In this document: positions 9,331 to 17,784 of the stretch, in pieces | Layout: every line of letters begins with the position of its first letter | Numbering within the stretch: the first letter of the stretch is position 1 | NCBI GenBank assembly: GCA_963775125.1 | Contig: CAVZHQ010000001.1 | Span: forward strand, 79,209 to 143,208 | DNA: 64,000 nucleotides | Direction: 5' to 3' | From: an uncultured Acidimicrobiales bacterium | GTDB taxonomy: Bacteria; Actinomycetota; Acidimicrobiia; Acidimicrobiales; SZUA-35 | The notes under the pieces: model-generated | The model's input: only the letters and a program-made list of their open reading frames with translations | Databases searched by the model: none | Told to the model about the DNA's origin: nothing | Translations under genes and position numbers: made by a program

Positions 9331-10908
9331 ATGAACCGTTCGTCGCCAACCGCTCCCAACAACATCGAGGCGTGGGCCCGGGCTGTCGAGAGTCGCGACA
9401 GCCGGTTCGACGGATGGGTGATTGTCGGCGTGACCTCCACGGGCATCTACTGCCGGCCGAGCTGTCCGACGCCAGTGCGACCCAAACGAGCGAACATGCG
9501 ATTCTTCGCCACTCCGGCCTCGGCGCAGATGGAAGGCTTTCGGGCCTGCAAGCGGTGCCTCCCCGACGCCGCTCCCGGATCACCCGAGTGGAACCGTCGT
9601 GATGATCTGGTCGGACGTGCGATTCGGGCCATCGATGATGGGCTGATCGATCGGGTGGGCGTGAACGGGCTCGCTGGGCATCTGTCGGTGAGCGCCCGTC
9701 ACCTGAACCGCCTGCTGGCCGCCGAGGTCGGGGCCACGCCGGTGGCCCTCGCCCGAGCCCGCAGAGCCCGGGCCGCCCGCGTGTTGATCGAGACGACCGA
9801 CCTGCCGTTCTCCGAGGTGGCCTTCGCCGCCGGATTCGACAGCATCCGCCAGTTCAACGACACCGTGAGCGAGGTGTTCGCCTGCACACCGACGACGTTG
9901 CGGGAAAAGGCGACCCGCGCCGCGCCCAATCGGTTCCGGCATCGCCAAGCGGTCCCCGACTCGATCCCGACCGGGGCCATCTCGTTGCGGTTGCCGTTCC
10001 GCGTTCCCTACAACCGTGATCAGGTGCTGGCCTGGCTGGGATCGCACGCCATCCCCGGTGTCGAGGCCCGCAGCGGTCGGAGGTACGCCAGAAGCCTGCG
10101 CCTGCCTCACGGCCCGGCCGTCGCGCTCCTCGACTTCGAACCGGAGACGCACATCGAAGCGTCGATCTGGTTGTCGTCGCTTGCCGACCTGCAGACGGCG
10201 CTGCATCGATGTCGGAGGATGCTCGACCTCGATGCCGATCCCGGAGTCGTCGACCAGGCGCTCGCTGCCGACCCTCTCCTGGCCTCCAGTGTCTCGGCCC
10301 ATCCAGGCACCCGCTCGCCTGCAGACGTCGACGGGTTCGACGCGCTGCTGCGGGCCATCATCCATCAGCAGGTCTCGGTTGCCAGCGCCGTCGGCGTGCT
10401 CGCTCGACTGACTGCCGTCCACGGTCACCGCATCGAGCAGGCCTTCTCGTTCGCCGCGCTCGGGGACGGCCTCGCCGAGGTCACCACGGTCATTCCCGGC
10501 CCTGAGGTCTGGGCTGCGTTGGATCCGAACGACCTCGGGCTGCCGGCCTCTCGGGCAAGAACCGTCGTCGCTGCGGCTCTCGCTGTGGCTGACGGGACCG
10601 TCGACCTGTCACCAGGTGCCGACCGCGAACTGGCTCGACAGCGGCTTCGCACGATCAAGGGCATCGGACCCTGGACCGCGGCCATCACCTCGTTGCGAGG
10701 CCTGTCCGATCCCGATGTCTTCGTGCCGGGTGACCTCGCCCTCCAGCGCTCGGCGGACTTCGTGGCCCGATCGAATCGACTCGAGGACACCCTCTCGCTT
10801 GACGAACGATCGCTTCGCTGGAGGCCATGGAGGTCCTACGCCATGCATCACCTGTGGCGTTCGTATCAACCGAAATCCCGCGCCGACAAGACTGGAACGA
10901 CACGATGA
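9331..10908 (+). CDS. alkA: Ada (Zn methylphosphotriester sensor + AraC HTH) fused to AlkA DNA-3-methyladenine glycosylase
   Basis: ORF 9331..10908. Ada Cys4 motif CRPSC..CKRC, an AraC-type HTH, and a C-terminal HhH-GPD (IKGIGPWTA..D). Confidence 0.85.
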   Translation: MNRSSPTAPNNIEAWARAVESRDSRFDGWVIVGVTSTGIYCRPSCPTPVRPKRANMRFFATPASAQMEGFRACKRCLPDAAPGSPEWNRRDDLVGRAIRAIDDGLIDRVGVNGLAGHLSVSARHLNRLLAAEVGATPVALARARRARAARVLIETTDLPFSEVAFAAGFDSIRQFNDTVSEVFACTPTTLREKATRAAPNRFRHRQAVPDSIPTGAISLRLPFRVPYNRDQVLAWLGSHAIPGVEARSGRRYARSLRLPHGPAVALLDFEPETHIEASIWLSSLADLQTALHRCRRMLDLDADPGVVDQALAADPLLASSVSAHPGTRSPADVDGFDALLRAIIHQQVSVASAVGVLARLTAVHGHRIEQAFSFAALGDGLAEVTTVIPGPEVWAALDPNDLGLPASRARTVVAAALAVADGTVDLSPGADRELARQRLRTIKGIGPWTAAITSLRGLSDPDVFVPGDLALQRSADFVARSNRLEDTLSLDERSLRWRPWRSYAMHHLWRSYQPKSRADKTGTTR

Positions 10909-10964
10909 CCTGGAACGACACGATGACCGGGAACGACACGATGACCGGGAACGACACGATGACC
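10893..10964. repeat. 18-bp tandem repeat (T/G)GGAACGACACGATGACC x4 covering the alkA stop / ogt start junction
   Basis: Read directly. Units at 10893, 10911, 10929 and 10947. Each carries ATGA. Confidence 0.95.
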
Positions 10965-11495
10965 CACGAACCACGAACACTCCTCCGCCACCGATTCGAG
11001 GTACCTGAAGGGCTCGACTGCCCGGTTGATCACCTGCTGTTGGTTGCCAGTCCCTCCGGCCTGCGGGCCGTGCTGTGGCCCAATGACCTCGATGGCTCCC
11101 GAGCCAAGCATCGTGTGCCCCTCGAGGCCACGACCGAAGGTGTCAACGAAGCAATCGAACGGGCGGAGGATCAGTTGGGTGAGTACTTCTCGGGTCGACG
11201 AACCGAGTTCGACCTGCCGCTCGACCCTGTCGGAACAGCGTTTCAGAAGGAGGTCTGGTTCGGCCTTGCCCGCATTCCGTTCGGGCAGACGACGTCGTAC
11301 GGCAAGCAGGCCGTCGAGTTGGGGCGCCCCACCGCAGTTCGTGCGGTGGCAGCGGCCAATGGCCGGAACCCGATCTCGATCGTCCTGCCGTGCCACCGCA
11401 TCATCGGTGCCGACGGCTCGTTGACCGGATTCGCGGCAGGCCTCGAAGCCAAGGCGTGGTTGCTGAAACACGAGGGCGCGGCCCTGTTCAGCTGA
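10905..11495 (+). CDS. ogt: methylated-DNA-protein-cysteine methyltransferase; four alternative in-frame ATGs (10905, 10923, 10941, 10959)
   Basis: In-frame part of ORF 10827..11495. Active site PCHRII and TTSYG motif. ATG 10905 overlaps the alkA TGA. Confidence 0.85.
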   Translation: MTWNDTMTGNDTMTGNDTMTHEPRTLLRHRFEVPEGLDCPVDHLLLVASPSGLRAVLWPNDLDGSRAKHRVPLEATTEGVNEAIERAEDQLGEYFSGRRTEFDLPLDPVGTAFQKEVWFGLARIPFGQTTSYGKQAVELGRPTAVRAVAAANGRNPISIVLPCHRIIGADGSLTGFAAGLEAKAWLLKHEGAALFS

Positions 11496-11523
11496 CGGCC
11501 GCAGGGTTGGTTGCAATCGGGCG

Positions 11524-12012
11524 TCAGGTGTCGAACGCCGGGCACGCAGTCGCGGTGTCCGCCACGGCCTCGAAGAAGCCCTCGTAAGCGATCGGGTCAG
11601 CTCCGACGACGACCGCCCCGATCGTTCGGTTGCTGAAGGTGTCGGACACGTGCTCCGCGATGCACGACGCGTGGTCGGACGCATAGACGTCGCCGAGCAC
11701 CTCGATGACCACCCGCTCGGTGTCGGCGCATGAGGTGGCGGCCTGACCGATCACGGCTAGCTCCTCGTCGCCGAAGACGACGTCGGGGAGCGGCACCGAC
11801 GGATCCATCTCGATGGCGTTCACGACCGCGTTGGCGACGCATTCGGCGGCATCGGCGTCGGCCAGCGGGCTCGCTTCGACCGCGAGGAGCTGGGGAAGCA
11901 ATGCGTCGGCGGCGCGGTCGTCGCCGGCACATCCGGCGAGCACGGCAGCGACACAGACCGCTCGGCCGAGGCCGACGCCGTTCACGATGTGGCCGATCAG
12001 TTCACGCCACAA
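11524..12012 (-). CDS. putative lipoprotein, acidic, Cys-containing
   Basis: ORF 11524..12012 has a lipobox-like AVLAGC after a hydrophobic N-terminus. No family recognised. Confidence 0.5.
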   Translation of the reverse strand: MWRELIGHIVNGVGLGRAVCVAAVLAGCAGDDRAADALLPQLLAVEASPLADADAAECVANAVVNAIEMDPSVPLPDVVFGDEELAVIGQAATSCADTERVVIEVLGDVYASDHASCIAEHVSDTFSNRTIGAVVVGADPIAYEGFFEAVADTATACPAFDT

Positions 12013-12584
12013 CTGGAGGTAGCGGTGATCATGTTCTCGAGGAACGCACTGTCGGTTGTCGGGTCGACGCCACCGAGCCCGGCGGCCATGGCCTCCTCGG
12101 CGAAGTCCTGGCCGAGCTTGTCCATCATGCAGCCTGCGGCTTCCTCGCCGAACTGGGTGGCCAGCTGCGTGGTCATGAAGGCGATCATGTCCGTGCAGTC
12201 GCTGAACGTGCCGACAACCATGTCGATTTCCTCATCGGTGAGGTCGAGCGTGTCGAGTCCACCGGTGGCGGTGCTCGCGGCCTTCAGCTCGGCCAGGCGG
12301 TCGGCGCCGATTCCGTCGACGATGCTCGATGCCGCACAGGTGGCCTCGTCCTCGTCGGCGAACGGAGAGTCGGCGTCGCCGGTGAGGTCGGCGACGATCT
12401 CGTCGACCAGGGCCGAGTCTTCAGAGCCGGCCCCGCCGACGTCTGCGCCTCCGTCGGAAGAACTGTCGGAGGACGATCCGGCCGCATCATCGGAGCCACT
12501 CGAGCTGCAGGCCGAGAACAACAGGGTCGACGCGGCAAGAATGGCAAGCAACGGCAAGGCGAACGGGGTAGCGGGGCGGCGCAT
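11997..12584 (-). CDS. putative lipoprotein, acidic, Ser/Asp-rich linker
   Basis: ORF 11997..12611. The likely start is MRRPATPFALPLLAILAASTLLFSAC (signal peptide plus lipobox). Overlaps the downstream lipoprotein gene by 16 nt. Confidence 0.5.
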   Translation of the reverse strand: MRRPATPFALPLLAILAASTLLFSACSSSGSDDAAGSSSDSSSDGGADVGGAGSEDSALVDEIVADLTGDADSPFADEDEATCAASSIVDGIGADRLAELKAASTATGGLDTLDLTDEEIDMVVGTFSDCTDMIAFMTTQLATQFGEEAAGCMMDKLGQDFAEEAMAAGLGGVDPTTDSAFLENMITATSSCGVN

Positions 12585-12657
12585 GGGTTTTCTCCAGTGA
12601 TTCGAGGTCAATGCATCATCGGCCGCGCTCAGAGCGTAATGAGCCTACGTTGGTGGC

Positions 12658-13476
12658 ATGGAATCCTTTCGTCATCTGCATCAGCCGGGAAATCCCTTCG
12701 TGCTGGCCAATGCCTGGGATCGGGGCAGCGCTCAGGTCTTGGCCGCGCTGGGAGCCGAAGCCATCGGAACGACCTCGGCCGGGTTCGCCTTCACTCGTGG
12801 GGTTCCTGACGGTGGCCGAGTGTCGCTGGACGAAGCGCTCGATCACGCCGCCGACCTCGGATCGGTCACCGGCCTGCCCATCTCGGCCGACCTGGAGAAC
12901 GGCTACGGCAGCACGCCGGAGGAGGTGGCCGACACCATTCGTCGGGCCGCTGCGGCGGGACTTGCCGGCTGTTCGATCGAGGACACGATCCTGGGTACCG
13001 GCGACTCCTTCGACCTGGCCGAGGCACTCGAGCGAGTGTCCTCAGCGGTTCAAGCGGCACGGGGGTTGGGGGGCGACTTCGTGCTGGTGGCTCGGGCCGA
13101 TGGCCTGCTGCATCGCAACTACACCGTCGATGACGCCATCGAACGGGTCAAAGCCTTCGCCTCGGTCGGGGCTGACTGTGTCTACATCCCGCTGCTGCCC
13201 GACCTTTCGACGGTCGAACGGGTGTGCGCGGCAGTGGACGTTCCGGTCAACGTGCTGGTCGTCGGGCCGATGACCGCGCATCGGAGGGAGGCGTTCGGAG
13301 CGGCCGGAGTGGCGCGGCTGTCGCTGGGGTCAGCGCTCGCTCGGGTGACCCATCGGGCGCTGATCGATGCAGCGGCGGCGGTACTGGACGGCGGCGACTT
13401 CTCGATGCTGTCTGCGGGTGCGTCGGGAACTGCGGTCGACGCACTCCTGCTTGCCGGGTGCCGGTCGACGACTTGA
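12658..13476 (+). CDS. isocitrate lyase / PEP mutase superfamily protein (2-methylisocitrate lyase-like)
   Basis: ORF 12658..13476. Motifs NAWDxxSA, TSAGFA, ADLENGYG, CSIED. Confidence 0.8.
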   Translation: MESFRHLHQPGNPFVLANAWDRGSAQVLAALGAEAIGTTSAGFAFTRGVPDGGRVSLDEALDHAADLGSVTGLPISADLENGYGSTPEEVADTIRRAAAAGLAGCSIEDTILGTGDSFDLAEALERVSSAVQAARGLGGDFVLVARADGLLHRNYTVDDAIERVKAFASVGADCVYIPLLPDLSTVERVCAAVDVPVNVLVVGPMTAHRREAFGAAGVARLSLGSALARVTHRALIDAAAAVLDGGDFSMLSAGASGTAVDALLLAGCRSTT

Positions 13477-13967
13477 GGCAGTGCGCATTCCACGCCTGCT
13501 GATTCAGAGAGCGTGGCGATGGCCGCGGTGTACTGGTCGAGTTGGCGGGGCTGGCCCAGGCCGCCGCTGTCGAAGATCTCACGGATCTTGCCGTCGGTTC
13601 CGATGACAACGGTTCGGCGCGTTGCGCAGCCAAGGTCGGCATTGAAGCACTCGTAGGCGGTGGACACGGCACCGTGGGGCCAGCCATCGGACAGGAGCGG
13701 AAAAGTGAAGCCCTGCTGGTCGGCCCACGCCTTGAGCGAGAACTGCCGGTCGCAGGTGATGCCGAACAGCTGGACGCCGGCACGGTTGAACGATTCGAGG
13801 TTCTCACTCAACTCGCAGAACTCCCCCTGGCACACACCGGTGAAGGCGAAGGGAACGAAGACGAGGACGACCGGCTTGTCGCCTTGGAAGGTCGAGAGCG
13901 TGTACTCGGTGCCGACCTGGTCCCTGAGGGTGAAGTCTGGAGCGGTGTCGCCGACGGACAGAGCCAT
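13182..13967 (-). CDS. peroxiredoxin (AhpE/Bcp-like); the conserved domain ends near 13504, and the remaining ~100 codons are an unconserved-looking extension antisense to the neighbouring gene
   Basis: ORF 13182..13967. Motifs GDTAPDF, VLVFVPFAFTGVCQGE, LLSDxWPHG. A TGA sits one frame off at 13506-13504. Confidence 0.8.
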   Translation of the reverse strand: MALSVGDTAPDFTLRDQVGTEYTLSTFQGDKPVVLVFVPFAFTGVCQGEFCELSENLESFNRAGVQLFGITCDRQFSLKAWADQQGFTFPLLSDGWPHGAVSTAYECFNADLGCATRRTVVIGTDGKIREIFDSGGLGQPRQLDQYTAAIATLSESAGVECALPQVVDRHPASRSASTAVPDAPADSIEKSPPSSTAAAASISARWVTRASADPSDSRATPAAPNASLRCAVIGPTTSTLTGTSTAAHTRSTVERSGSSGM

Positions 13968-14031
13968 GATGATTTTCCTGTCAGAGAGGGTGGACGGCCC
14001 ACACGGCCGGAGCGCAGTCTAGGGTTCGCCG

Positions 14032-15027
14032 GTGTCTGACGTACCGGCGGTTGATCACTGGGCTCGCGAGGTCGATGCGCTGGTCGACGTGCTCCGGCTC
14101 GAACTCGGTTCGTTGCCCTTCGATGCCACGCCTGATGCCCTGTACTGCGCCGACGATCTGTACGCCGGGATCGACCTGGGGTTCGCCGCCACCGTCGACC
14201 AACAGATCTACGTGCGGGCCCACCGGGCGGGTCGACCGCCGCTCGCCCCTGCCGAGGAACTGGCGCAGCGTCTGCACGATCATGGCATCACCGCAGCACT
14301 GAACCAGTTCAGGGTGGGGCGGACGCTCGTCGGAGTGATGGGAGGCCACGCCATGCTCCGCGGCTCGGTCGGTTATCGCCAGATCGTCTCCTTGGGGCGA
14401 TCGTTGACCCTCGCCGGGTTCTGCGTGACGACGGGAGGTGGTCCGGGCGCGATGGAGGCAGCGAACCTCGGAGCCATGACCTCGCTCACTCCATGGGACA
14501 CCGTGGAGGCCATCGTCGACGACCTCGCCCGGTTCCCGAGTTTCCGGGACGATGCCGACGGGTTCATCCGAGCCGGTCTGCGGGCGGCGAGATCCATCGA
14601 GGACCCTCGGGTGTCCTTGTCGGTCCCGACGTGGTTCTACGGTCACGAGCCGAGCAACCCCTTTGCCCTTGCCATCGCCAAGTACTTCTCCAACAGCGAA
14701 CGCGAGGCCGGACTTCTCGCCATCGCCGACGGTGGCATCGTGTTCGCCCCCGGCGGGCCAGGCACGCTGCAGGAGGTGTTTCAAGACGCGGCACAGAATG
14801 CGTACGAGACCTTCGGCCCCGCCAGTCCGATGGTCTTCCTCGAGCATCCCGACGACCCCGAATGGTGGCAGCGATCGGGGGTACTCGCAGCATTGCAGAC
14901 GGTATTCGTCGATTACTCGGGCAGGGCGCGGCCGGGCAAGGCGCTGATTGGTCGTGCGTCGTCGGTGGCGAATGCCGTCGAGTTGCTGCAAGCGGGTAGG
15001 GTCAGAAATCCATCGAACAGCGCGTGA
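14032..15027 (+). CDS. LOG-family (TIGR00730-type Rossmann) protein
   Basis: ORF 14032..15027. Motifs TGGGPGAMEAAN and PGGPGTLQE. Ends 13 nt before selD. Confidence 0.65.
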   Translation: MSDVPAVDHWAREVDALVDVLRLELGSLPFDATPDALYCADDLYAGIDLGFAATVDQQIYVRAHRAGRPPLAPAEELAQRLHDHGITAALNQFRVGRTLVGVMGGHAMLRGSVGYRQIVSLGRSLTLAGFCVTTGGGPGAMEAANLGAMTSLTPWDTVEAIVDDLARFPSFRDDADGFIRAGLRAARSIEDPRVSLSVPTWFYGHEPSNPFALAIAKYFSNSEREAGLLAIADGGIVFAPGGPGTLQEVFQDAAQNAYETFGPASPMVFLEHPDDPEWWQRSGVLAALQTVFVDYSGRARPGKALIGRASSVANAVELLQAGRVRNPSNSA

Positions 15028-15040
15028 GCGGGAGGTGAGC

Positions 15041-16074
15041 ATGACCCGACGACTGACCCAGTTCAGCCACGGCGCTGGTTGAGCCTGCAAGCTCGCCCCC
15101 GGCGACCTGGCGCACGTGCTGCGCCGTCTGACTCCGTCGAACGATCGTCGACTTCTGGTCGATGCAACCACTGGTGACGACGCTGCCGTCTGGCAGATCG
15201 ACGACGACCGCGCGCTTGTTGTCACCGCCGACTTCATCACCCCCCTGGTCGACGACGCCTACACGTGGGGTCGCATCGCCGCGGCCAACTCGGTGTCCGA
15301 CGTCTACGCCATGGGCGGCAGGCCGTTGCTGGCTCTGAATCTGGTCGGCTGGAACACCGAGGAACTGTCGAACGAGCTCCTCGGTGAGGTCCTGGCCGGT
15401 GCGGCTTCGATCGCGGCCGCCGCCGGCTTCGTCATTGCGGGCGGCCACACCGTCGACGATCCCGAACCCAAGTTCGGGCTGGCGGTCGTCGGTGAGGTCC
15501 ACCCGGCCCGGATCCTCACCAACGCGGGTCTGAAGCCCGGGCAGTCCCTGGTGCTCACCAAGCCGTTGGGTATCGGGATCATCTCCACTGCGCTCAAGCG
15601 AGGGCACGAGTTTGCCGCCGAGACCTTCGAGCAGGCCGTCGTCGAGATGACGCGCGCTCAACGATCATGCCGCTCGTATCGCTCTGGCCGCCGGAGCCAC
15701 CGGTGCAACCGACGTCACCGGCTTCGGGTTGCTCGGGTCATCTCGGCCGAGCCGTCCTCGAGTCACATGTCGACGCCGACCTTGACCTCGCGTCGGTGCC
15801 CTTCCTCCCAGGAGTGCGCCAACTGGCCGAGGACGGTTTCATCCCCGGCGGGTCCCAACGGAACCTGGCCCACATCAGCCCCCAGCTCGATGCCGGCCCG
15901 ATCGACGAACTGTTCCAGGTCATGCTGGCCGACGCGCAGACGTCGGGTGGTCTGGTGTTCGGCGTCGATTCGGTCGACGCCGACGCCGTGGTGGCCGAAC
16001 TCGTTGCGCTCGGTCATACGGCCGCCGTCATCGGCCGCACCCGCGTCGGATCGGGTCGGATCGTGGTCCGATGA
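15041..16074 (+). CDS. selD: selenide, water dikinase (selenophosphate synthetase); Sec (UGA) at codon 14; frame broken twice by apparent 1-nt insertions (~15655, ~15736)
   Basis: SD GGAGGTG then ATG 15041. MTRRLTQFSHGAG-TGA-ACKLAPGDL continues in frame into ORF 15116... The middle segment LNDHAARIALAAGATGATDVTGFGLLG is in a second frame, and the C-part is ORF 15667..16074 (HLGRAV..VIGRT). The span is 1034 nt, which is 3n+2. Confidence 0.85.
15080..15125 (+). promoter_or_regulatory. selD UGA-Sec codon plus candidate SECIS hairpin GGCGCA-CGUGC-UGCGCC (15109-15125)
   Basis: Read directly. The hairpin assignment is tentative. Confidence 0.5.
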
Positions 16075-16490
16075 TGACGCCTTCCGACGTTCACGTTTCC
16101 ACCATTGCCGTCCGTTTCAACGAGCTCGACCCGTACGCCCACGTGAACCACGCGGTGTATGCGACCTATTGCGAGGTTGCGCGCACGGAAGCGCTCGCCG
16201 CCATTGGGCTGTCGATCGAGGAGCTGGCGCGCCAGGGCTTCCAGTTCGTCGTCACCGAGTTGAGCCTGCGGTTCCGCAAACCAGCCGTCGCCGGAGACAT
16301 CCTGTCGGTCGACACGTGGCTGTCGGAGATCGGCCGTGCCAGTACGCGCTGGTCGCAACGCATCCGGCGGGGCGACGAACTGTTGGTCGAAGCCGAGTTG
16401 AAGGTCGGTGTCGCCAATGGCCTCGGCCGGCCGACGCGGCCGACGCCCGAGATGGTGGCCACGCTCGAGGCACTTCACCGATCGCGGTGA
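16071..16490 (+). CDS. acyl-CoA thioesterase, 4HBT/YbgC-like hotdog fold
   Basis: ORF 16071..16490. Motif VRFNELDPYAHVNHAVY. The ATG overlaps the selD stop (ATGA). Confidence 0.8.
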   Translation: MMTPSDVHVSTIAVRFNELDPYAHVNHAVYATYCEVARTEALAAIGLSIEELARQGFQFVVTELSLRFRKPAVAGDILSVDTWLSEIGRASTRWSQRIRRGDELLVEAELKVGVANGLGRPTRPTPEMVATLEALHRSR

Positions 16491-16501
16491 GGTAGGCCAC
16501 G

Positions 16502-16774
16502 ATGAGCTTCATCGGCGTCGGGGGCGAGGACTGGGTCGAACTCGACATGGACCTCTTCGACCGGCAGCGGCTCAGTCGCCTGCGTGGTGCGCTGACCGAC
16601 GCTGAGGAACGGCGGGCGATCGGCCTGGCGATCGGCACCGACTACGAAGTCGAGTTCGATGATGTCGGGAACGCGTTCCTGCTCGTCGGCGGGGTTCGCC
16701 GGTTCCAGGCCGAGATCACCAACAGCGACCGATTGATGCTCACGGGAATTCTCGATCCCGACGGACCCCTGTAA
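16502..16774 (+). CDS. hypothetical small protein (90 aa)
   Basis: ORF 16502..16774 fills the gap between flanking same-strand genes. No family recognised. Confidence 0.4.
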   Translation: MSFIGVGGEDWVELDMDLFDRQRLSRLRGALTDAEERRAIGLAIGTDYEVEFDDVGNAFLLVGGVRRFQAEITNSDRLMLTGILDPDGPL

Positions 16775-16784
16775 GAATCTGCCG

Positions 16785-17784
16785 ATGGCCATCTCGTTCT
16801 ACAAAGACTTCGATCCGGTGTACGGCGAAGTCACCCAGCTTGCTCCGCTCGTCCGTCGCGTCGTCGCCAAGAACGCCAACCCGTTCACCTGGAAGGGCAC
16901 CGGTGTCTACCTCGTGGGGCGCGGTGACGTCGCCGTGATCGACCCGGGCCCGACGCTCGACGAACACCTCGATGCCATCCAGGCCGCCCTCGGATCCAGA
17001 CGAACAGATCAACCACATCGTCATCACCCACACGCACACCGATCACACCGCCGGTGTACCGAAGCTTCTCGACCGCACAGGCGCCAGGACCTACGGCTTC
17101 GGCCCCCACGGCGAGGTTCCCGACAAGGACCCGCTCGAGTCCATCAGCTTCGACGAGTACTTCACCCCGGACGAGAAGGCCAAGATCGACAAGGAATGGG
17201 CCGACATGCCCGATGAGCTGAAGCGGGAAGGTCCCGACATCGAGTTCCGGCCCGACGTCCCGTTGGCCCACGGCGAATCCATCAACGGCGACGGCTGGAG
17301 CCTCGAAGCCGTGCACACGCCCGGCCACACCTCCAACCATCTCTGCTTCGCCCTGAGCGACGACGGTGACGGTCAGCGGGTGCTGTTCACCGGCGACCAC
17401 GTCATGGGCTGGGCGACCTCGGTCATCTCGCCCCCCGACGGTGACCTCTACGACTACCTGAGCAGTCTCGAGGTCCTCCTCGGTCGCGAGGACGATCGCT
17501 ACTGGCCAACGCACGGCACAGCCATCACCGACCCGAAGCCGTTCGTCCGTTCCTTCATCGAACATCGGCGCGGCCGGGAACAGCAGATCATCGCCGGGCT
17601 GGCCGACAAGAAGTCGGCGACGATCAAGGACCTCGTGCCCGCCATGTACGCCGACGTCGACAAACGACTCTGGCGCGTGGCGGCCAACTCGGTCTACTCC
17701 CATCTGCTCGCCCTGCACCGTGAAGACCGAGCCCACCCGGTCGAAGGCGACCCGTCGCTCAGCGCAACGTGGCAGCTCGTGTGA
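16785..17784 (+). pseudogene. MBL-fold metallo-hydrolase, frame broken by an apparent 1-nt insertion near 16990
   Basis: ORF 16785..17216 (..LDAIQAALG) continues as DPDEQINHIVITHTHTDH in ORF 16972..17784. The span is 1000 nt, which is 3n+1. Confidence 0.75.

Noticed and set aside
10893-10964. Tandem repeat arrays (this one and those at 18610, 28425 and others) as CRISPR arrays.
   Set aside because: The units are directly adjacent with no spacers. Periods are 14-32 bp with only 2-4 copies, and there are no cas genes.
15116-16495. The 459-aa ORF as a single protein reading from selD through the thioesterase gene.
   Set aside because: After about residue 180 the translation becomes Arg/Ser-rich junk. 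Conserved SelD sequence continues in the other two frames, and the thioesterase is in its own frame.
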